32,311 bases of DNA, from NCBI GenBank assembly GCA_021813005.1, contig JAKAMH010000001.1:1-32311 (forward strand), read 5' to 3'. Source of the DNA: a bacterium (GTDB lineage: Bacteria; Patescibacteriota; Microgenomatia; Levybacterales; UBA12049). This document shows positions 1 through 8,172 of this stretch, one piece after another. The notes below the pieces were generated by a model. That model was not told where the DNA came from and did no database searches. It worked only from the letters and a program-made list of their open reading frames with translations. A program made the position numbers and the translations under genes. How positions within the stretch are numbered: the first letter of the stretch is position 1; the number at the start of each line of letters is the position of its first letter.

Positions 1-28
1 TTACTACTTACTACTCACTACTCACTAC
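1..28 (-). repeat. Tandem heptamer array: (TTACTAC)2(TCACTAC)2 on +, which reads (GTAGTGA)2(GTAGTAA)2 on -. Cut by the window edge.
   Basis: Read directly: four consecutive 7-nt units begin 8 nt after the TAA stop (37-39, - strand) of the 1013-aa ORF. Each unit carries stop triplets on the - strand, so stops fall in all three frames. Confidence 0.8.
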
Positions 29-36
29 AGGCGGGT

Positions 37-3000
37 TTAGGGGGCGACTTCCTGTTGGATCCTGGTAGTTTCTTTGATCAGCTCCGGGGCGTGCAACGCA
101 AAATCGGGTCTGGCGGTGATGGTGAATACCGGATAGCTGCCGTTTTCTGATCCGAGGTCCCGCTTGTTGATGAAGCTGCCTCCTTGCCTCTCCGCGTTGA
201 TGACAAGAGAACCTTGCAGATTAAGCATACTGTCCGGGTAGTTGACGGGATCACCATTGCCCTCAATGATGAAGTTACCGCCGGCGCTGAACATGCCCTC
301 TATCTGCGGGACGATTGGGTTGCAGGACAGCGTGGTCGCGCCGACGCTCTTATCCACAGTAATGTCATTTTTGGCTATGAATGTGTCGGTTGAAGTGTGG
401 GGGACGATGAGCGCACCTTTCATGACGAGGGAACCGTTGATAAGAAAGACATAATTCTTTCCCGCGGGGAAGGTGTAGTCACCGGTGAGTGTGACCGATC
501 CGTGAGCGATATACACGCCGTTTGAGAGATTGGCAGGCAGACTGCAGTTACTGAGGACACTGCATCCTTGAATGGCAGACATATCTGTGGGAGCAATACT
601 AGCTGCCGTCAGCTTGTTTGAGAGCGCGCTGTAGGACACGGAAAGGGAAGACTTGCCGCCGTATACTTCAGGATACAATGACCCGCCCACCAGCCAGTTG
701 TTGGCGGTACCCTGGCCGCTGCCAAAGTCAGCATCGGCGTCTCCGGTATAGAGGACTGCCGGTGCGGGGCTGCCGTTGGTGCCGGCCGCGTACGGTCCGC
801 AGGTAGGGTTGGGGGAGGCGGGGATGTTGGTGGTGAAACCGCTGTCAAAACGAACATCCAAATTACCCTCGGTTTGTGACCAAGGCAGCGAGTTATTGAT
901 GGCAAAGTTGAGGTTAATAATATTATTTGACGGATCGCAGGAGCCACCGGTAGTGGTGTCAACTTTACAGCCGGAGCCGACAATTACGTTAAAGGAAGGC
1001 GGTGTGCCGTTTTTGGGATAGATCATCCGGTAGCCCGAAGGCAGAGATGAGTAGGAGATATTGTGTGTCCCTGCCGTAAGCCCCGTCACCTGAAACGTCC
1101 CGTCTGTCTTGGCAGTGACAGTACCGCCACTCGCGTTGATCACGGGAGTAGCGGCGTAATTGGTCTCGCCGTTGTCTTTCAAACTATCCGAGTTGGCGTC
1201 GACAAACACGTTGCCGGAAACAGTGTAGGTTTTTGGTGCCGGAGTGGGTGATAGAAGCGGGAAGTCAGCCGTCCGGTTGCCAGACAGGTTATTGAAAATA
1301 GCCGGATTTGGTGTACCGGGGCGTAGTTGATAGCCGTTGGGAATGGTAACGCTTACCCGGTAGTTGCCTCCTTGCGGCAGATTGCTAAAGCTGTAAAAGC
1401 CGGAGAGGCGTGAGTTTGAACTGGTTGTTTGAGACTTTGACCCACTAAGAGACAGGTTGGTTGAGACTCCCGAGTCATTGGCGTCCCACTTGCCGTTACC
1501 GTTTTGGTCGGAGTACCATTCGGGGACGGGGGTCGCGTCTAGTTGGCCGTTTTTGTTACAATCGGCATATACAAAGCAGGTTCCGCCGAGACTGAACTGA
1601 CATGTCTCCTGTACGGACGGGTCCCAGGTGCCGTTGCCGTTACAGTCATAGTATGGCTCGGGAGGATTATAGATACCATTGTTGTTGGCATCACTATATA
1701 CCTGGCCGGAGATGGAGTAGGTGCAGACGCCACAGTCAGCAGGACAGGAGCTGCAAGATTCGCCAGCATTGTAATCACAGGAGTTGTCCCCGCAGGAGGG
1801 GGCAGGGGCAGTGGTGGGGGTCGGAGTCGGAGAGCTACTGGATGACTTACAGTATGTACAACATCCAGCGTTACACCAATTATACGGACTTGAACAATTG
1901 GCATTAGTAGTACAGGTGTTCGTTGATGTCACTAATGTCTGGCCCGATCCACAGGAGCTCGGTGTCCCACAGCTGCTTGAGGGAGCACTGGTGGGGGTAG
2001 GAGAGCTGCTGCTTGGGACACTTATACTTTTTGAACAGGAGGTGGTCGGACTACCGCCGTTGGCAGTTGCCTGCAATTTTACCGTCAGATTGCCGGCGCC
2101 ATATGTATACCCGTGGTAGGTATTTGCCCAGTCCGTGCTATTTGTGCCGGTTGCTCCGTCACCGAAGTTCCAATATTGGTTGACAGGGGTCGTGTATGAG
2201 CCGGAGTAATTGGGGCCAAAATCCACGCAGTATGTACCCGCTGCGCAATCGCCGCCTGTGGTGGACGGGTCAACAGTCCAGCTGCTTAGGGAGCAGGAGA
2301 AGCTGGCGGGCGCGGTGGTAGGCGTGGGTGCCGCAGCTTTTGTGGGGGTCGGCGTGGGGCCAGATGACGCCGTACAGACAGAACAACTTGGGGAGCAACC
2401 GCCCGTCGAATCCCAGACGCAGGTACCGCTGGAATTGGTAGATCCACTACATGTCTGGGTTCCCGACTGGCCTCCGGAAGTTGTACAGCCTTGAGTATAC
2501 GTGCAACCGCAACTGCCTACACAGGTGCTACAGCTTGGAGAACATGCTCCACTATTGTCGTAGACGCAAGTGCTGCCGGAATTTATACCACTACAGCTTC
2601 TTGTGCCGGGAGTGTTGATGGAGGTGGTGCAACTCTCAGTATATGTACACTGACACGCAGGTACAGGGGTTGGGGTGGCGGTGGGAGCAACAGGGCAATC
2701 TCCCGGACAACTGCTGGAAGTTTCTCCGTTATTACAAATGCCGTCTCCGCAGTATCCTCCACTCGATGGCGTACTCCAGGAGCAGGTATTAGTAACTTGG
2801 CAGCCTGCTTTGCAACGGTTTTGAAGGCACGCAGCCTGTGTACCTGTGGTACATGACTTGGGGTTGGTGGTGGACTGACACTGTGTTTGACACGAACAGT
2901 CTGGATCTGCGTTGGGATCGCAGTTGTAAAGATTTTGAATGGGATCATAGCAGTTTACCTGAACAGGTGTTCCACACTCGAATTGCCCGGAGCAGTCTGC

Positions 3001-3078
3001 GCTGACATATTGAGTACCTAGAAACAACCCAAGAACCAAAGTTACAGTAAACAATATCAAAAATAAAAGTTTATTCAT
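37..3078 (-). CDS. Large secreted Cys-rich multidomain surface protein (adhesin-like)
   Basis: 1013-aa ORF with an N-terminal signal peptide (MNKLLFLILFTVTLVLGLFLGTQYVSA). Also has repeated Cys-rich modules, CGDGxC...CPxDC motifs, PT-rich linkers, a PKD-like segment (WNFGDGATG...YTYGAGNLTVKLQA), two SdrD/CnaB-like B repeats (YSISGQVYSDANNNG, YTVSGNVFVDANSDSLKDNGE) and a C-terminal beta-helix-like region. Confidence 0.85.
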   Translation of the reverse strand: MNKLLFLILFTVTLVLGLFLGTQYVSADCSGQFECGTPVQVNCYDPIQNLYNCDPNADPDCSCQTQCQSTTNPKSCTTGTQAACLQNRCKAGCQVTNTCSWSTPSSGGYCGDGICNNGETSSSCPGDCPVAPTATPTPVPACQCTYTESCTTSINTPGTRSCSGINSGSTCVYDNSGACSPSCSTCVGSCGCTYTQGCTTSGGQSGTQTCSGSTNSSGTCVWDSTGGCSPSCSVCTASSGPTPTPTKAAAPTPTTAPASFSCSLSSWTVDPSTTGGDCAAGTYCVDFGPNYSGSYTTPVNQYWNFGDGATGTNSTDWANTYHGYTYGAGNLTVKLQATANGGSPTTSCSKSISVPSSSSPTPTSAPSSSCGTPSSCGSGQTLVTSTNTCTTNANCSSPYNWCNAGCCTYCKSSSSSPTPTPTTAPAPSCGDNSCDYNAGESCSSCPADCGVCTYSISGQVYSDANNNGIYNPPEPYYDCNGNGTWDPSVQETCQFSLGGTCFVYADCNKNGQLDATPVPEWYSDQNGNGKWDANDSGVSTNLSLSGSKSQTTSSNSRLSGFYSFSNLPQGGNYRVSVTIPNGYQLRPGTPNPAIFNNLSGNRTADFPLLSPTPAPKTYTVSGNVFVDANSDSLKDNGETNYAATPVINASGGTVTAKTDGTFQVTGLTAGTHNISYSSLPSGYRMIYPKNGTPPSFNVIVGSGCKVDTTTGGSCDPSNNIINLNFAINNSLPWSQTEGNLDVRFDSGFTTNIPASPNPTCGPYAAGTNGSPAPAVLYTGDADADFGSGQGTANNWLVGGSLYPEVYGGKSSLSVSYSALSNKLTAASIAPTDMSAIQGCSVLSNCSLPANLSNGVYIAHGSVTLTGDYTFPAGKNYVFLINGSLVMKGALIVPHTSTDTFIAKNDITVDKSVGATTLSCNPIVPQIEGMFSAGGNFIIEGNGDPVNYPDSMLNLQGSLVINAERQGGSFINKRDLGSENGSYPVFTITARPDFALHAPELIKETTRIQQEVAP

Positions 3079-4376
3079 TATTTTGACACTATGATCCCTC
3101 TCCAGTCAGCTGTGGTACCGGATCCTTTGCGTATTGGAATTAGATCATTACGTATCTGTTCTCCTCCCAGATCATGGAATTCGTGATCATTTCTAAAATA
3201 CCCAAACCTTGTGTCACCAGCCTTCCCTGAAACATACGGATAATCGGGTAGAAATTGAAGCGCAACCAGCATAGTGCCTTCTGGGAAGTATTTGTCAGCT
3301 TTTGTGTTTACTGCATATCCACTCTCGTTATCCATCTCAATTATTAGCGAGCCGGGATTTTCGGGAGATGGATTGTTTTTAAGTCCCACTACGCGAAATC
3401 CAATAGACAGTCCCTGCGAGAAAAAAAGATTTCGAGCAGACGCAACAGCATTTAGAATGACAGGAAAATGATTGGGGTCAAAGTAAAGACCATCTGTGTT
3501 AGTTGATGACGTAACCGTTGCAATACGTCCATCCAGGTATCCTAACGGAATTTCAAGTACCGGTGCTTTTTTTTCTACAAGCAACTGTCTTAAAGTATCT
3601 AGCGTCATACCACCATATTTGTCTGGATAATATTGCTGATACGCATTCAAAAGTGAGATGAGCACAGCCTCTTCCATCTTTTCCTGTGCGTCGGGAAAAT
3701 CCTGGGTATTGAACTCAAAATTATGGACAACGGGGCACTGCCCGTTAGCGGGATTTTGGCACGCCCTGTTAGGGTCTGTTAATTCTTTTTGTATTCCAAG
3801 CGCAATGGTCAAATATTTCCCCTTATAAATAGTTGGTGGTGCTGCTAATTCGTAAGGGAGACGGTCAGTTATCTGCGAAACTTCCACTTTGTCCGGTGTG
3901 GCAGTAGACTCGGGTGATGGCTCAGGGGTAGGAGAAGGTGTGGAACTTGGCGAGGGTTCAGGGATGGAGGTTGGTATTACTTCAACTGTCGGCTGCGTAG
4001 TAGTGGCGACGGTCGCTTCGGCGGTTGGGGTCTGTACAGATAAGACAGGCTGTGTAGACTCAGGTGCGGGTGAAACGAGGCTTATTGGAGAAGCATCACT
4101 AGGAGAAGGAGAAGAAGATGGAACTGATATGGACTCGCTTGAGTTACAGGCCGTTGTGATGAGAGAGATAGCAAGTGCTGTCGGTACGAGTACTTTTCTT
4201 GCCTTTGTATGAAAAAAGCTAGTAACTCTCCTCAAGCCTTTTTGTCGTGTATTTGACCTATCAACAGCATCAGCAATTTGTCCAAGTATCCCAGGTTCAC
4301 CCCCGTTAAGGAGAACAAATTCTCCGGAAGTATTTTCAGGTACTAATGTTTCAAGATGATGCAACTCGTGATTCAT
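3078..4376 (-). CDS. Hypothetical membrane-anchored protein with S/P/T-rich linker
   Basis: 432-aa ORF with one TM segment (VLVPTALAISLITTA) followed by a PSPS/TPEPS low-complexity linker and a globular C-terminus. Its stop overlaps the start of the downstream gene by 1 nt (TAATG). Confidence 0.7.
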   Translation of the reverse strand: MNHELHHLETLVPENTSGEFVLLNGGEPGILGQIADAVDRSNTRQKGLRRVTSFFHTKARKVLVPTALAISLITTACNSSESISVPSSSPSPSDASPISLVSPAPESTQPVLSVQTPTAEATVATTTQPTVEVIPTSIPEPSPSSTPSPTPEPSPESTATPDKVEVSQITDRLPYELAAPPTIYKGKYLTIALGIQKELTDPNRACQNPANGQCPVVHNFEFNTQDFPDAQEKMEEAVLISLLNAYQQYYPDKYGGMTLDTLRQLLVEKKAPVLEIPLGYLDGRIATVTSSTNTDGLYFDPNHFPVILNAVASARNLFFSQGLSIGFRVVGLKNNPSPENPGSLIIEMDNESGYAVNTKADKYFPEGTMLVALQFLPDYPYVSGKAGDTRFGYFRNDHEFHDLGGEQIRNDLIPIRKGSGTTADWRGIIVSK

Positions 4377-4381
4377 AGGTA

Positions 4382-4972
4382 TTATTTTTTGATTACACTA
4401 AATATAACGCCTTCCTTAATTATGCTACGTGAGAATGCACCTGATTGTTGTATTATGTCTGTCATATTTGTAAGCGCAGAGCCGGTGGTAAGCTGATACA
4501 TGAATGCAAAAATCTTTCCGGTTGCCGATTTGGCCAGAATATCATTCGGGTTTTCGCTGAGATATGTGGGAGAAAAATAGAGATCAATTTCCATAACCTC
4601 GCCGTACTTGTCATATATCTGGCCGACTGAGCTAATGATGCGATTTTTACCGTCCTGTATCCGATTGTATATCTGAGGAGTTGCTGTTAGCTTAAAAACT
4701 ACCTTTTTAACCGTGACACTTTGGGATGTGTTGACTATAACCACCCTTCCGGTATCAAAAAAATGCAGCTTGTTTAATGCCTGCTCTAATCTATTTTTAT
4801 CTGCTATAGAGAAACTAACATTCGGAACATCAGAAACAGTACTTATCTCGGGTCGTGTGGATAATATTTGTGTAATACCGGACACGGGAACCAGTTTTAA
4901 GTACCAGGCGGCAAGAATCACATCCGCAACCGCAAATATGATCAGGATGATAAACAGTAAACGATTCGACAT
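4382..4972 (-). CDS. Hypothetical membrane-anchored protein
   Basis: 196-aa ORF with an N-terminal TM anchor (LLFIILIIFAVADVILAAWYL), lying 5 nt from the next gene in the same operon. Confidence 0.65.
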   Translation of the reverse strand: MSNRLLFIILIIFAVADVILAAWYLKLVPVSGITQILSTRPEISTVSDVPNVSFSIADKNRLEQALNKLHFFDTGRVVIVNTSQSVTVKKVVFKLTATPQIYNRIQDGKNRIISSVGQIYDKYGEVMEIDLYFSPTYLSENPNDILAKSATGKIFAFMYQLTTGSALTNMTDIIQQSGAFSRSIIKEGVIFSVIKK

Positions 4973-4994
4973 ACAGTCAGTCTGCCCGAAACAA

Positions 4995-5432
4995 TTATTT
5001 AGCCAAGAAATCGATCTCGGCTGTCTCAGTCGCAGTCAGAGTGTTGGCAATGTGATAGGTGCCGGGTATACTCAGGTTGACTACCCGGTCTTCGTTTGGG
5101 TGTAAGACTCCCAGATCAATCATGGGGTAGTTTTCTTTTGTGCTGATTTTTATGTCATGATCACTTCTGTTAATAATTTGCACACCTATCTCCTTTCGAG
5201 ACGCCAGCCTGAGAGGATTAGGGGAGAAAGTGCCGTCATTATTGTAGCTCAGCACTGCCGTGATCTTAACAGGTTTACCGGGATAGGTAAGAGTGTTGGC
5301 AGTCACAGTTTTTGTATTACCGGTATGCGGCGCGGGCTGTTGGGATTTCGTGAGAAGGTAAGTGATTCCATATCCCACAAAAACTAAAAAGCCTATAGCC
5401 ATAACTGCCAGCAGGAGTCTTCTGATTGTCAT
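4995..5432 (-). CDS. Hypothetical membrane-anchored protein (cupredoxin/Ig-like beta domain, no metal ligands seen)
   Basis: 145-aa ORF with an N-terminal TM (LLLAVMAIGFLVFVGYGITYLL) and a beta-rich C-terminal domain. It is the first gene of the minus-strand operon. Confidence 0.6.
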   Translation of the reverse strand: MTIRRLLLAVMAIGFLVFVGYGITYLLTKSQQPAPHTGNTKTVTANTLTYPGKPVKITAVLSYNNDGTFSPNPLRLASRKEIGVQIINRSDHDIKISTKENYPMIDLGVLHPNEDRVVNLSIPGTYHIANTLTATETAEIDFLAK

Positions 5433-5486
5433 ATGTTCTTATTCTATAGCAATTGCGTATGTATCACAATTCTGTGGTAGAGAGTA

Positions 5487-5595
5487 GTTCCCACATGACA
5501 CCTTCATCGCGAGCCCAAAGCGCGTGGTGATCTTTTGGGCACCTACTAAGCGGGGTCGGAGTGACGGAAATGTGTAGGAAGAGTGAACTCATACT
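5487..5595 (+). repeat. Dispersed intergenic element, copy A (~110 nt)
   Basis: Aligns by eye to the reverse complement of 21073-21205. Shared blocks are CACC(T/G)TCATCGCGA, GTGG(T/C)GATCTTTTGG, TAAGCGGGGTCG and GAAGAGTGAACTCATACT. Confidence 0.75.
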
Positions 5596-5637
5596 TTCAG
5601 CAGTCTCTTCTCAAACTCTCCTTTTCCTGCTACACTC

Positions 5638-6210
5638 ATGTGTATGGTACTCTCAGACCGCGATATCAAAAAATCGCTTGCGGACGGCAAAATTCAGATA
5701 GATCCGGCACCGGATCTCATGACGCAACTTGGCAGCTGCTCGATTGACCTCAGGCTGGGAAAAGTCTTCCGGGTTTTTGAGCATAGCCGGAAGCCTTACA
5801 TTGATCCTGCCAAAAAAGATTTCTCAAATGAGATTACAAGAGAAATAGTACTTCAGGACGGCGAGCAGTTCATCATGCAGCCGGGGGACTTTGTCCTGGC
5901 TGTGACGCTTGAAAAAGTGACGATCCCTGATGATTTAATGGGCCGCCTGGAAGGACGCTCGTCTTTAGGCCGCCTCGGTATAGTGGTCCACTCAACTGCC
6001 AGTACATTTGATCCCGGGTGGGACGGCAAGTGTGTGCTGGAGCTTGGCAATCTGGGCCGGATGGCGGTGGCACTGACTGTGGGGATGCGGATCTGCGCCA
6101 TGGCATTTGAAGAGCTCTCAAGTCCGGCGGAGGTGCCATACGGCAAGAAAACACACGCCAAATACAAGATTCAGGACGGCCCCAACGAGTCAAGAATTTA
6201 CAAAGAATAA
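5638..6210 (+). CDS. dcd: dCTP deaminase
   Basis: Close match to E. coli Dcd along the whole length (SDRDIK..., SIDLRLG, GRSSLGRLGIVVH, DPGWDGKCVLELGN with the catalytic Glu, AKY..Q.G...SRI). The true start may be the ATG at 5644 (MVLSDRDI). Confidence 0.9.
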   Translation: MCMVLSDRDIKKSLADGKIQIDPAPDLMTQLGSCSIDLRLGKVFRVFEHSRKPYIDPAKKDFSNEITREIVLQDGEQFIMQPGDFVLAVTLEKVTIPDDLMGRLEGRSSLGRLGIVVHSTASTFDPGWDGKCVLELGNLGRMAVALTVGMRICAMAFEELSSPAEVPYGKKTHAKYKIQDGPNESRIYKE

Positions 6211-6212
6211 GA

Positions 6213-6911
6213 ATGAAGTACCACGTTTCTGTTGACATCGAGCTGAGACGAAATCCCTATAAAGGCCTATATTTTGCACTCGAAGGAATTGACGGTTCAG
6301 GGAAGTCTACACAAGCAGGTAAATTAAAGAAATACCTTGAAAGTAAAGGGAAAAATGTAACTGCGACATCTGAACCAAGAAAAGAAGAAAGTCCAATCGG
6401 TATTCTTATTCACCAGATACTCCAGGCAAAAGTACATGTTCCTCTTGAGGCAATGCAGTATCTGTATACGGCCGAGAGGATTGCCAACCATCGTGATATT
6501 GTCTACCCCGCATTGGAAGCTGGGAATGTAGTTATTACGCATCGCTGTCTGTGGTCGAATTTGCCGTATGGCATGCTGGACAGAGATTTACCTGATTACG
6601 ACTCAAATGACGGCCGGGTTATCGATGTGGCGCACGGGCTGTTATCTTTGTATCACCAATTTATTGTTCCGGATATTACATTTTACCTGCGGATAGATGC
6701 AGCTACTGCAATGCGACGTTTGCTTGGTATGGGAAAGCAAATGGAGATATATGAGAAGAAAGAAAAGCTTATGAAGATTGCGAAGGGATATGAATGGGAG
6801 GTAGTGCAATTTCCGGAAGAATTTATTATTATTGATGGAGAAAAGCCGGAAGACGCGGTGTTTGAGCAGATAAGATCTGTAGTAGAAAAAAAGCTTAATG
6901 GAAAACTATAA
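6213..6911 (+). CDS. tmk: Thymidylate kinase-like protein, paralog 1
   Basis: P-loop YFALEGIDGSGKSTQ, SEPR and YLYTAERIAN segments fit the Tmk architecture. The DR(Y/H) motif is replaced by HRC (VITHRCLWSNLPYG). Confidence 0.75.
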   Translation: MKYHVSVDIELRRNPYKGLYFALEGIDGSGKSTQAGKLKKYLESKGKNVTATSEPRKEESPIGILIHQILQAKVHVPLEAMQYLYTAERIANHRDIVYPALEAGNVVITHRCLWSNLPYGMLDRDLPDYDSNDGRVIDVAHGLLSLYHQFIVPDITFYLRIDAATAMRRLLGMGKQMEIYEKKEKLMKIAKGYEWEVVQFPEEFIIIDGEKPEDAVFEQIRSVVEKKLNGKL

Positions 6912-7629
6912 TGTTAATCTCAAACTAGATTTCAAAAGAAACCCCTACAAAGGATTATATGTGGCTTTTGAGGGAATAGATGGCGCTGGCAAGACGGTGC
7001 AACTTGATCTTGTGGCAAATTACTGTAGGCAGAAGAAAATGTCATATACAGTTGTTAATGAGCCTCGTCGCACTGGACCTGTAGGAAGATTAATAAATGA
7101 TGTGCTGCAAAAACGGGCACATTTGCCGGCGACCGCTATCCAATATTTATTCAGTGCAGACCGTATTAGCCACCAGCAGGATATTATCCTACCGGCATTG
7201 GAGCGAGGTGAGACGGTGCTTTCACATCGATGTTTCTGGTCCTCAGTTCCTTACGGAATTATGGACTGGATGGAGACAAATCAATCGACAGAAGTGGGGT
7301 ATAACCTGATGGTTGCCCAAAGCATACTCTCCATGTATTATCAACACACTGTCCCGGATATTACTTTTTATTTGGAGGTTTCAGCAGATGCCGCAATTTC
7401 CCGAATTCGAAATATGGGAGTATCACCAGAATATTATGAAAAGAGAGCTACACTCGAGAAAGTGAGAAACGGCTACCAATGGATGCTTGAAAAGTTTCCA
7501 TCAGAATTTTTCGTAATTAACGCGGAACAACCTGTTAATGTTGTCTCAAAAGAAGTATTAACGGTTATTGAAAAAGTACTGTCTACTAAAAAATCACAGA
7601 AGGAAAAGACATTTAATGTAAAGAACTAA
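6898..7629 (+). CDS. Thymidylate kinase-like protein, paralog 2
   Basis: YVAFEGIDGAGKTVQ, NEPRRTGPVG, YLFSADRISH and VLSHRCFWSSVPYG are colinear with paralog 1. It overlaps paralog 1 by 14 nt. Confidence 0.7.
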   Translation: MENYNVNLKLDFKRNPYKGLYVAFEGIDGAGKTVQLDLVANYCRQKKMSYTVVNEPRRTGPVGRLINDVLQKRAHLPATAIQYLFSADRISHQQDIILPALERGETVLSHRCFWSSVPYGIMDWMETNQSTEVGYNLMVAQSILSMYYQHTVPDITFYLEVSADAAISRIRNMGVSPEYYEKRATLEKVRNGYQWMLEKFPSEFFVINAEQPVNVVSKEVLTVIEKVLSTKKSQKEKTFNVKN

Positions 7630-7630
7630 T

Positions 7631-8170
7631 ATGATACTGGGACCTAAACTAATACTGGAGCTTGTTAAAAGCCAGAAACTGGTGGAGAACCTGTCTGATC
7701 GGGAATTGACCAATCCGGAGGGAGCCGGGTTTGACCTCAGGCTGGGCGAGGTGTACAGAATCTCAGGTGAGGGGTTTTTGGGCGAAACCGAGCGCAAGAC
7801 TGCAGATGTGACTCTGGTGGAAAAGTATGTGGCGGGTGAGACGCGAACGGTCGTTATCAAACCGGGGGATTTTTATCTGGTAAAGACCATTGAAAGTGTC
7901 AATATGCCGCAAAATCTTACTGCCAACATGAAGCCTCGCTCAACCACCTTCAGAAGCGGTATTTTTATCAGGACGGGCAATATCCCGCCCGGTTACTGCG
8001 GGGGTCTGACATTTGGTCTCAAGAACGAAGGACCGGTACCGGTATCTATCGAGATGGGAGCCCGTATCATCCATGTGCAATTTGCAGAAGTCGCGGGCGG
8101 CGGCAACCTGTACCGCGGGCAGTGGCAGGGCGGTAGGGTCAACGCCAAGAAAAAAGAAGTACAGGTATAA
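7631..8170 (+). CDS. dCTP deaminase/dUTPase-fold paralog lacking the canonical acidic catalytic residues
   Basis: GAGFDLRLGEVY, PGDFYLVKTIESVNMP and PRSTTFRSG are colinear with Dcd. Dcd DPGW...VLELGN is PPGY...LTFGLKN here (Asp to Pro, Glu to Gly). The gene starts 1 nt after the tmk-like stop. Confidence 0.7.
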   Translation: MILGPKLILELVKSQKLVENLSDRELTNPEGAGFDLRLGEVYRISGEGFLGETERKTADVTLVEKYVAGETRTVVIKPGDFYLVKTIESVNMPQNLTANMKPRSTTFRSGIFIRTGNIPPGYCGGLTFGLKNEGPVPVSIEMGARIIHVQFAEVAGGGNLYRGQWQGGRVNAKKKEVQV

Positions 8171-8172
8171 TT

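Noticed and set aside
78-2948. A dozen 60-125-aa ORFs on both strands nested inside the 1013-aa gene (for example 609-983, 1539-1904, 2491-2856).
   Set aside because: They lie in alternative frames of a long ORF with strong domain signal. Their Pro/Arg/Gly-rich low-complexity translations are typical of off-frame reading of GC-rich coding DNA. The same reasoning applies to nested ORFs inside glyA, zwf, rseP and others.
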